In this document: one piece after another, positions 53,001-64,000 of the stretch
How the letters are laid out: each line of letters begins with the position of its first letter
Numbering within the stretch: the first letter of the stretch is position 1
Assembly (NCBI RefSeq): GCF_033153115.1
Contig: NW_026889805.1
Location: 6,262,001 to 6,326,000 of the forward strand
Direction: 5' to 3'
Source: Saccostrea echinata
Taxonomy: Eukaryota
DNA: 64,000 bases
Notes under the pieces: model-generated
The model's input: the letters and a program-made list of their open reading frames with translations, nothing else
Database searches by the model: none
Told to the model about the DNA's origin: nothing
Translations under genes and position numbers: made by a program

Positions 53001-56000
53001 ATCTTAAATAATTTAATTATAAATTGCTTAAACATGGAGCTTCCGTTATAATGGAACTGAAAATTATTTCTACATATGTTTATTGCTTTCAAGGAATTTT
53101 TTAGTATCATTTAAAGCTACAATATCTTCACTTAAAAAAGTCCATATTTTACACTTCATAATAATATTAAGATTTTCCACATTGTAGCTAACAATGCCGG
53201 GGCGGGTTTGTACACAGAGTATACAGATGTCTGTACAATAGGACAGGCTACCGAGCTTTTCCATGTTTTACTCAAGGAAGGTATATTATTTCAACAATAA
53301 AATGCTTTTTTCTTAGTATGGGAAATTTACATTACAGATCCTGAAGAAAAAAAAATACAACACCCGCTTAGGCGGGGTGTATAATTTTTTTTTCTGCAAT
53401 TGCTGTAACATTTAATTCCCATACTAATAAACAAAAATGGCATTTTATTGTTTATATTTACGTCTGTATAAATATCATATATAGAAAAATATTGTATTAT
53501 TAATATGTACGTCATTGTAAGTTTCATTGATAGAAAAGTATAGACAGCGGAACGGGTAGAAAAGACTTTAATGCATTTCTAAAACATACAGAAATAATTT
53601 CTGCCGCCCATCGAAAAGTACACTGCATAAGGTTTTAACCAGATTTTACTGATTGAAAAAAGAAGTTGGTTTCATAAATTTTTTTTATCAATTTTGAATC
53701 TTAATGCATTTTAATTAAAATCACACCTTCCATCATCGACCTTCAGAAAAAAAAGAGCTTGTGGAAGGTTTGATTTTAATGAAACTGATGTTAATGATAC
53801 CATTATAAAGAATTTGAAAGAAAAGATTATACAATTATATTGATTTAGCACAATTGAACATAGCTACATAATTGTTTGTATTCCGTAGGTTCTGAGTCGG
53901 AGGCGCTATCGTACTGTGCCAAACCTTTCCTAGGGGTGTTTACTTACATTCATACCTCCTCGTCAGCTGACTGTGGTCTGAACTGGGGCGAGTCCCTACT
54001 AGACGTCTGTAACAACAACAGAACTAACATGGTCTTTGATTACAATCAATGCAACGCCCGAGTGGCTTTCTCTGGTATACTTGCAGTTTATTGCATTGTA
54101 CACGTACAGTTTAGATATGTGTAATCACAGTTTTAATGACTAGTTTTATGGAATTTCAGCATTTTTCAAACTTTTATTTTCGGCCAGACTGTGAATCAAA
54201 ATTCCAAGTTTGCCTGTTTGCCAGCCTTTCTCAACAATTTTGTTCAGCTTTGTTGAAAGTGATATATTCTAGTGCAAACATTCAAACATCCTGATTTTAT
54301 AGTTTCTTTGTTTTAAAGTTATCGACTGGAATTAAATTTGACATTTATTATTGATGTGACCTTGTTCAAATTACCTGGTACATTATCCAAGAAATATGAC
54401 ACAATCTCTAATTATAGATTTAAATCTGACCAAATAGCCATGTTATTATTGCTGAGGCAAAGTAGAAATTGCAGACATACACAGAATATGTCCTCTATCC
54501 TGCTTTAAAAAATGTTTCTGTGAGTAGTAATTAATACATCTAATAATGATAATATATTGTAAGTATAACTACCAAAATCTGAAAATGCTCGATCCTAAAT
54601 GTTCCACTAGTTAATTGACTCGGATACGAGCCACGCTGTACATACGGTTAACTACTAATTATAACTCGAGTTTTCATACTGGTTGAATTGAACATATTTT
54701 ATTGACAAAGTCAAAAGGATCGGACACAAGTTCAGAAACTATGACAATAGCTTATTCATTAAGGAATTCCTTGCTTTTACATAATATTTACAAGCAAAAA
54801 ACAAATGATATGCATCTTCTAGTAGTCCACAAGAACAATTAGGACCGGTTATTAGGTTACAGCGATATAAGTCAGAGTTTAAAATACAATTATGTCTTAA
54901 TCTTGTATGAATTATGTTCAAAAACCTTTTTCCATATGAAAAATATTTCTGAGGCTTTACAATACTGTTGTGCAGATAATTTTTAAAAATTTTGATAGAA
55001 GTTGCCTCCCTTGTTTTAAGACTAAGGGAATTCCACTTTCTAACAGTTCAGGAATAAATGATTTATTATATAGTTCTAATCTGTATTTTGGCAAAGAATA
55101 ATTTAAGAAATTCCTGGTAGTGTATCCTGAAATATTGCCTCTTGTATCAGGTGATAAATTTTGTAAATAATTAGGTACTAAATTATTGTGCATTTTATAC
55201 ATTGTTATTAGTTTTGCTCTGTTTCTTCTGTATTCCAATGGTTCCCAACCTGTTTCCAAATAAAATGAATTTCTTGAAGCAATAATTGTAAGCCCAGTAA
55301 CTATTCTTGCAGCAAATAATTGTACTTTTTCAAGATTCTCAATGTCTGTTTTTGTGCATCCAGACCAAACTTCAACAGCATATTCAAGTTGTGGTCTAAT
55401 AAAAGATATATACATCTGGGATAGAATATCTCTTGACACAGTAAATTTTAGTTTTTTAAGAAGCCCCAGTTTTTTGTATGCTTTCTTTATAATGATATCA
55501 ATATGATCAGACCATCTTAAGTTGGACGACAGAAGTATCCCAAGATGTTTGTGTTCTGTAACATATTCCAATTGGCAATTGTCAAAAAATAATTTAGGAA
55601 ACTGCTGCACATTTTTTGAATTAAAAAATACAGCTTTGGTTTTCTGTGGGTTAAATTTCAATAACCATTTCTTTGACCATTTATCTAGTATTTTAAGATC
55701 ATGATTAAGATTTTGTTCAATATGATTGATATTATCTGAACATTGTTGTAAGGAATTATCATCAGCATATAATCTACAAACAGATATATTTTCAGCCACA
55801 TCATTTACATACAATAAAAATAACAAGGGACCAAGTACTGAGCCCTGAGGAACTCCAGCTTTTACACGTCCTACAGAGGAAAAGTGATTTCTATACTGGT
55901 TGCGATACATATAACTGAAATCACATCTTATCAATTTGTTAAACTGACCAAAACTGTAAATCTTTGTAAAGTACTATTTAAGATTCCTTTTTAAAGGCGA

Positions 56001-59000
56001 TTTCATCTGTTTACACTAGAAAGTGACCACTGACAAATGTACTGCGTTTTTTTTCATTTTAATTGCAATCGTCCTTTTGAGGAAGGATCTGAACAATAAA
56101 ATACACAGTAATGATACTAAAGCGTGATATATATTTACTGTACAGCGGGAGGACGCGTGGGTTGTGTCGCTACTCTCAACGACGGCACCACTTACTACCA
56201 GAGTGTCATCAACTTTGATACCACTCTCAGCGTGTCTCCTAGAGCCTACAGATTTACTTGTTTTGTATGTGGTTAAATATTACTTAAGAACTTTTTTTCA
56301 GATGCTTCTGGAATTTTTTTCAATCATTATTCCTCTATAATTGTCAATTTTGAACAAGATATTTTAAATTTTAGGTGATTGAATTTGACGGAGAAAATGT
56401 CACCGCTTCAGAGAAGGGAGAGAACTGCGATGCAGGCCAAACAGCCACCACTAAACCGAGTGCCCCTGGGAGTCTTCTTTTTCTTGTAGCTAATAGTAAG
56501 GATAGTTCATTTCTTCTCATGGCGTGTATACTATCCAAGTTACAATATATTTTCACAAGGCCACAGATTTTAAGCCGTTCCAAGATACACTCAGTGGCTG
56601 CATCTGAGAAAATTCTCTCGATCTCATCAATATTTTTATATATGACCTGACTCGAAATGATTTACATGTAAACAAAGAAAATTCCTGTTTCTTTCATGAA
56701 ATATGACACAATAAATAATTTTTTTTTAATTTTCAAATGATGTATAGTTTTTATATCCATAAAGAGCAGTACAACTGATATTTCAGATTTTTGTTGCATA
56801 GTTTCCGTATTGATGTTATCCTGGACTTATTATTGACATACTTGCTTTTTTCCAAACTATAATTTTGCTTAAGTTTCTTATGAAAGAATCCTTTTTTTGT
56901 TTACAGCAACCTGTTGTAAGTATAAATTTTATTTCTTACTAAGTATAATGGACTTAAAAGCTTAATACTTTATTAACTATATATCTTTTATGCATGTGTA
57001 TACTGTAACTTTTGCTTTTAAAATCATAGACATTGAGACAGCGAGTTCACCAGAAGAATCGGACAACACGGCAGTCATTGTAGCGGGGGTGGTGGTGACC
57101 CTATTGGTTATAGCAATCATCATAGGGGCGATACTGGGCTATAGATACTTCAAGAAGAAACAAGAGGAAAAACTTTTCACTAGTAAGAATCATATTTATA
57201 TATAAAGATTTTGTTCCTAACTTTGCATATATTTCAACAGATACAAGATTATTGACACCATTAGTGTCTTTTTCTTCCTAAGTTGGGGGTGATTCTGATA
57301 ATTACTACTTACTAATTATTTTAAAACTTAAGGATTTCACGGTAACAAGAAAAATCAATTAATTAAAATATAGTTGCTGACATCGACAAATATAGCTATA
57401 CAATAGGAGATCATAAGCATAAAAGATTTTACAGTAATAATATTCAGAGTCAAAGACAACTTTTAGATGGTCATTCAATGATATTCATAAAATGCTTGTT
57501 TACCTCGGACTTGTTTACCTTAGGCTTGTTTAAATGGTTGATACTAGTATCTCAATGTCGAAATAAATGAATCGTTTTCTTAAGAATTTTATTTTATTAA
57601 ACATACATCAATAGTATCTATAATATAATCACGTCACAAATATGTAAAGTTAAAAACATATGACACAGAGTCTGACACATCTGTTTCATATTTGAATATT
57701 TTACTAGAAAAGACTTTTAATGATAACCTAACAACAAATTAAAGCAGTATAATAAACGTGATTACTTCAATTTTTCAATCGTCAACTTCCCTTACTTATG
57801 TATCAGTATACCCTTATCACCTGCATATGGGGTTTTTGTCTCCAGTTGATTCGATACGCGATAGCATGCTCTACAAATGAATAACTTCTAAAACAAGGCA
57901 AACTATTGACAAATACGTTGATGAAAAAAGGATATCAACAGTCTCGTTTGCAATCATCATTTTGCAAGTTTTATGGTCGATACAATATGACCTTGTCAGC
58001 AAATACAACCTATAATTAATTTAAATGCTGACTGACATTACTAATTGTTAAGCCATTATTTACACACTGAATTGTCTACGGATTTTTCCTCTTTCCCCGA
58101 CCATGACGAGGAGCACACGGCGGATGTGACAGGTCGGTAGGGGATGCTCACTCTTCCATGGCACCTGATCCCACCTCTGATGTTTTTGGAGGTCCGTGTT
58201 TGCTCTGCTCCTGATTTGTATTGTCTAAATAGACTTTGAGCTTGAATATTGTTCGTTATCTCCATATTTCACGTTGAAGAAGCAGTCTTAACTCGTGTAT
58301 GTTTATTATGAACGCTTGCTGAGTCAGAAATAAAATTTTATGATTTATTGTCATTTTAGAGAGAAAAATTAATCCTGTGATTACCGTTGGAACGGTCGAC
58401 AGTCTGAAGAAAATGCCGGAACCTTTGGTTAATACGAACAGTAACACCAGCAAATCCAAAGATAACAGTCTCAGCAACAACAACAACAGGTCCACTGATA
58501 ACAGTCTGGATAACAACAACAGTAACAAATCTAGTGATAATGTATCCAGTAACACAGACAACAAGACAAAGAATGACAACAAAACTGTTCCAACAGCGGA
58601 AATACTGGTGACAACTGATGGTGAATTGCAAGATGTGGATGCTGATAAGGAAAACATTCAACAAGAGATGCCAGAAATTAATAAAGCAGAGCACAAAGAA
58701 GAGAAGAATATACATGTACCGAATGGAACAGTTACCGTGTTTGACCTAACCGGAAATGAGGCAGATGTTGCGAAGTCAAATCAACCTAGTGGAGTGATTA
58801 ATAAAGGCGATATGAAAAATGAAGCTATCAAAGAAGTGGATGAAAAAGTTAAATCCGAAAGTGTTAAGCCTGAGAAGAAGGTTACGTTTCCGGATCAACC
58901 GCCAGAGGGATTAGGGAAACGAGAAAAAACAATCCTTCCTTCCAGTGAGGCCAAACTAGCTCCAAGTGAGGAGGTGTCAAATTTTGGGAAGGACAAAACT

Positions 59001-59909
59001 GGTATGAACTCAAGGATGTCCAGCAGAGGTGGAGTTAAACCAACAGAGAGCAATGGGTCTCTTGAAGTTCTGTTTGGCAAGAATGGTGTCCTGAAAGCAG
59101 AACCTCAGGACCCATCCAACACACTGGGTCCTCGTGACCACACTTTAACTGATATAATTATATAGCATTCCAATTATGGATAAGATTTTCGTTTATTTTT
59201 TACTGCATGAAATGAACACTCATTCTATTGACACTTTTGGAAAAAACTTTACATTATTTTTTTGATACATGCTACGTACATTAAAAATTCGTTCTTAATA
59301 CAAATTAAATGTTTGATCATATCATTAATTTACATCTGAAATAAATAGATTAAAAAAATGAGAAAATCTGTTGTTTGTTGTTTGTAAACCAAATCAATTT
59401 AGCACCAGAGCACATGGCATTTGCTTAATGAGAATGTCAATAGAAAGAGTAAGTAAATTATCTGCTTCTCTGAAAAATAGTAGGTAATCATACCAAAGTG
59501 TAAACATTATGTCATATAGATTTAGATGGGTAAGTAAAATTTATGTTCATGTATATCTTTTGCAGGATCACATATATGCGGAAAAGGTGAGTTGATAAAA
59601 GAAAATGAAAAACAACAAAGTCCGAAGTCCTCAAAGGACTCGGTATCTTTGCAGTATTTAGAGAAAGATGAAGAGAGCCTGACATACCACTGGCCAAGAA
59701 ATCAAGCAAATGAACCAAACTCTTCAACATTGTTAGTGGAAGACGGGTGTCCTAGAGAAACCTTGACCAATCTCAATGCATTGATGTCCATCGCTTCTTC
59801 CAATCCTCATGATCGTTTGTTGGTACAGCATGGAGGTGAACAGTTCCGTAGTTTCTATGACAAACCCATCTACCCCGCAGACCACTCGCTTGTAGACCAC
59901 AGAAAGTAG
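50049..59909 (+). CDS. Cys-rich type I membrane protein (resembles mollusc-expanded DUF7042/7043-like ectodomains); start exon not found. Exons 50049-50057, 50262-50445, 52409-52515, 53188-53280, 53889-54075, 56146-56264, 56375-56495, 56907-56915, 57030-57182, 58360-59165 (or donor after 59001), 59566-59909
   Basis: In-phase GT-AG exons give GACTFPDALRGTWISS..YLCLELTSITAYSYYYY..FHVLLKEG..CAKPFLGVFTY..YRFTCFV; TM helix AVIVAGVVVTLLVIAIIIGAILGY followed by RYFKKK; family name is from recall. Confidence 0.78.
51080..52075 (+). mobile_element. Degraded Penelope-like retroelement RT fragment
   Basis: VPMGSNYAPLLTDLFLY, FRYIDNV, KRDYFNL, SPAYGVIISQLIRYAR across frameshifts. Confidence 0.8.
54600..55885 (-). 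mobile_element. 5'-truncated CR1/L2-clade LINE (RT C-terminal part)
   Basis: ORF 54957-55934 with GVPQGSVLGPLLFLLYVND, LYADD, KHLG, RPQLEYA; frameshifted continuation 54739-54921 with CSCG..EDAYHLFFAC. Confidence 0.92.
57660..58272 (+). mobile_element. Second, shorter Penelope-like 3' fragment (same family as 51080)
   Basis: Colinear with 51505-52075 (ctgacacatc..cccttatcacctgcatatgggg..cagttgattcgatacgc..gttcgttatctccatatttc). Confidence 0.8.
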
Positions 59910-61554
59910 AAGACTGTTTAACTTAGTAATTATTTTATAATATCACAGAATCATGAAATTGTGTTATATTCTTACATGTGCTTTACTTTTTTCTAAACGA
60001 TGAGATTACATTTCTGATGTTATGGGTTGTAGTTACTATTTTATGAAATTGTGAAACAATTAATATGCTATTAAATGAGAGGCATAGTACTTTGTAAATA
60101 CTCTTTGTAATTATACTTAATAAATTATTCAGACCTCACAAGAGGACTCTTAGAGGGTGTAAAGTAAATCCTGCATATAAACGTATATACTCTTAAAAAG
60201 AAATAGATTTCACAGACATTCACAGAAAGAGCATTAATTTCGTTTATAGAAAATACTGCTTCCTTTTGTTGAGTTGATACCAAATGGTATACAAGTACTT
60301 CACTTTTTTCTACCAGAGTTTTCTCTCTACTATTTTCGGTCATTCCTGTGCAGTTTTCAATACCTTTTATGTTATAATCATCTATGGTGTGAAAATCTAA
60401 ATAAAAATGAGCAGTCATAGGGCCTTTGGTTTCTCTTCTGATAAATGATAAATTCAAGACTGGTTTTGATATAAAAAAAATCCCAAGAGTTTATCCAACG
60501 TACACAATTGTGTTAGATTTTTGTATTTGCAAAAACTCTTTATATGCTTAATTACTAAATTTACAATTAATGTAATTTTGTTATAAATGTTTACGTTATT
60601 ATCCTCAATCTGGCTTGTTTTAATAATAAAAATATACTCATGGCATCACATGGCTAGCACAAACCCCTTGCTCAAAACAGAGATTTATATGCTTCTTATG
60701 AACTAAAATGTCTTTTAGATTATTGTCTCTTCCAAAGGCAACAATTGACATGCTTTTTAACACGCTTTAAGATGGTCAGAATTTGTTGACGCTTCTTTTA
60801 GATCCAATATTAACCTTTTCAAAAGGATTCCCGAATATTCACAACATCTTTGATGGACTTTTATACTAGAATTAAACTTATGTTATCGAGGTCTGAATTT
60901 TGAACAAAAGTCCTTCACAACCACATTTCTGAGCCCAGGCGCAGGATTTTTTTTCAAAAGGGGGGGGGGGGGAGGGGTTCACACCACTCAAAAAAAATTC
61001 CAACCCACAAATTTCTTGACAAGCCAAAACAAAAAAAAATTATAATTATAATAATAAAAAATAAATAAACTCCGCCCCTAAACTGCTTTCCCGAACGTAT
61101 CAAATCCAGAAAACCTCTTGACCCCCTCTAGATCCGCGCATGGAGCCATTAGGAGAAAGGGTAAATGCTAGCCCCTTTTCAGACTTGAAGTAATTTACTG
61201 ATTTTAAAAATGAAATGCACATGACCGTACATATTTCTTTACGCACTGGAAGAATTTCTGTAAAAAGTGTAGAAGTTTTGTATTTTATTTGTATTATATT
61301 TAGATATATTCTCATTTGAAATGATACAATAATAGATGCCGGTAAGAATAATTATTGTCGACATCTCTCAACAGGTAAAATGCCATACAAAAGGAGGATT
61401 AATCGTATTTTTATTGGAAGGGGGAATAAAATTTTTGACTGACCGGTGGTAGTCCCCATATCCCCTGCCTCGACTGAAGAGAGACACTAGATATGACTCT
61501 GTTATCTTGTTTTATGTCAGAGTTGCTTATCAATGACGGACATTTAATGTCAAC

Positions 61555-63669
61555 ATGTGCTGCCTGATATTTGCACTTTTCCTCGTTCTATATGTTGTTT
61601 ATAAAGTTTATGAGTACCACAAAGGAAAAACCTTTGTTGGGAACAAAAATAATCGTTACGTCCTCATCACAGGGTGTGATTCTGGATTCGGAAATGAGTT
61701 AGCCCGTGTACTGGATAAGCAGGGTGTTCCGGTGTTTGCAGCTTGTCTTACTGAGAAGGGTGGAACAGAACTGAAGAAACATGCATCATCACGACTCCGT
61801 GTTTTACAACTTGACGTTACGGATCAGGACAGCATCTGTAATGCTGTGGAATATGTAAAACGTTATTTGCCTAGATCTACAGGTAAAAATTCCGTTATTT
61901 TCTTAGGATATTAAGCTTAAGATAAATTCCTTTTCCGATAATGCTAAAATTATTCATAAGATATTCGACCTCAGTGTCGTTGGATGTATAATCAGTTCTC
62001 CAGATATACCGAAAAAGTTTAACTTCATCATTCAACTACTAAGCTCTTGTACGTATGTGTCATTTTACAATTTAATTAATTTCATCGCATAAAGTCTTGA
62101 AAGTTTGAAGATAGCCTCGAAAGTTTACGAAGTCTTAAAATATAGAACTTTAATGTTTTCTAAAGATAATACTTTTTCTAAATAACATCCCGTTTAAAAA
62201 TCCATTAAACTATAAATGTATTCATATATGATTGTCTCGTACTTCATTTTTTTTTTCAATTTCTGTTGTATTCATATTATAGGTTTGTGGGGACTCGTCA
62301 ACAATGCAGGTTTACAGGTTTTACATGCACCTTTGGAATTTCAATCTCATGAAGCTATCGAAAAATGTTTAAAGGTCAACCTACTTGGTTCGATTGACGT
62401 AACAAGGTCATTTTTGCCTCTCTTGAGAAAAGCCAAAGGAAGACTTGTATACCTATCTAGTGACAGTGCTTTCATGGAGTGGCCGTGTCGGGCACCTTAC
62501 GTCATCAGTAAATTTGGAATTGAAGCTCTTGCAGAATGCCTAAGGTGAGAGAAGCAAAGTCACTATTATTATTCTTTTTTTTTTCAAATTAAGGCAACAA
62601 TGGCTTTTATTTTATTTTTAACAAACAAAGATCTAGATTCCATTCTTGAAAACTTGATATAACAACGAACAAAGGAATAAAAAATTATAACGGAGAGAAC
62701 ACTGTAGTATCAGTTTTGAATTCTAACTAATCCCTGTCCAGATTATTATGATCTCACATTTGATGACTAATATGGTTGTAAATAAAGAAAGAATAGACCA
62801 TGTGATTTGTTATAACAAAAATCTTTCTAAACATTAATTCAACGTGGACTTAAACAATTTAGCAGATCTGTAGATATATGTACTGAGTGACAGAATAAAC
62901 TTCCATTTTATACTGGATAAAAAGAGGAAATTACCAAAGTTTTCCATAAATAAAAAGAAACACTTTTGACAAACTTTACATATCAACTTTGGTGCATATC
63001 CATCACGCTATATATGCTTATGCTAGGAAAGGAAGTTTGCATGTGAAGTATGAAATTTTATTTCAAATTTACAAACAAATGGCGCATTCATGCTCGAAGA
63101 AATCACGTTTGCAAAGAAGTATTGAAAGATATTTTGAAAGTGCTTTCCTAGTACGCTATTACAAATAAACTTTTTTCAATAAATCAACACTATACACTGT
63201 AGACGAGAATTGTATCAAATTGGTGTGACGTCACATACTATCCAACCAGGGCCATTTAAAACCAGCATTGTAGACCCAAACGAGATGAAATCTACTCTAC
63301 AGAAGGCGTTTGACAAAGTAGACGAAGAAGTGCAACAATTCTATGGACAACAGTGGTTAAAGAAAAGTAAGACTATAATGATTTAAATTTACCTAAGTTG
63401 AAAGATTAGGATGGCAAAGATAATACTTATATTTTTTTGTAGCAAAGGAGTCGTTCGAAGGAATACCAAAGATTCAATGTGAGGATCTTTCCCCGGTGAC
63501 GAACGCCATCTGCCACGCCCTATTTTCTGTAATTCCGAAGAGACGCTACCGATGCGGAAGAATCTGTGAATATTACTTCTATCCCATGTCTTTACTACCT
63601 GAATGGTTAAACACATGGTACTGGGCAATGAATCCACAGCCGGACGCAGTAACACCTGTACATAATTAA
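61555..63669 (+). CDS. Short-chain dehydrogenase/reductase, SDR9C (RDH7/RDH16/HSD17B6-like), 326 aa. Exons 61555-61882, 62283-62544, 63203-63366, 63443-63669
   Basis: N-terminal TM, ITGCDSGFG, LQLDVT, GLWGLVNNAG, VNLLG, catalytic YVISK, IQPGPFKT; in phase (981 nt). Confidence 0.93.
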
Positions 63670-64000
63670 AATTTAGATAATTTTTTTCGCATTTTTCTTC
63701 TTTTAATGCAACTCCCCTCCCCTTCTTTGAAAGTTGAGCGATTATATACCGGTATGTTGAAGATTTTTTTAATAACATTTATGTAATATAATAAGAATTT
63801 GATTACAGTTACATTATTGATTCTAAGAGAACCACATATATAGTCCTTGTCGCAAGGAATCATAAATATAATTCTTTTTTTTCCTGACATTTCTTTAAAA
63901 TCAAAGTTTTGACTAAATATAACTGTTCTAATTTTAGTTAAATTTAATAATCTACTTGAATCCAATTTCTTCGTCACATACTATCTGGAATTGTCCACAT

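Overview
AT-rich eukaryotic genomic DNA with spliceosomal (GT-AG) genes. The repeat content (Cg170/HINE-type elements, a Deu/Nin-type tRNA SINE, Penelope and CR1/L2 fragments) is most consistent with a bivalve, probably an oyster; this is inference. I reconstructed seven protein-coding genes by hand from splice signals and reading-frame phase. (1) TTC16 on - (11 coding exons, about 795 aa). (2) Head-to-head with it, an uncharacterised 15-exon gene of about 1023 aa on + with a Lys/Gly-rich tail. (3) A Cupin_5/DUF985 (YML079W-like) gene on -. (4) Head-to-head with it, CutA on +. (5) An intronless 685-aa RING/B-box/coiled-coil/NHL-like TRIM on -, tail-to-tail with CutA. (6) A Cys-rich single-pass membrane protein on + with two candidate 9-nt microexons and two candidate cytoplasmic tails. 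(7) An SDR9C/RDH-like dehydrogenase on +. The most unusual structure is a 3.1-kb, 55-bp satellite whose unit is the last 20 nt of a coding exon plus its 5' splice site and 35 nt of intron, giving about 56 tandem copies of an exon-intron junction. Also notable: 34-36-bp hairpin elements with 7-bp TSDs, and an RFX X-box-dense element downstream of TTC16. There is an assembly gap at 48653-48825. No prokaryotic system, CRISPR array or rRNA was seen.
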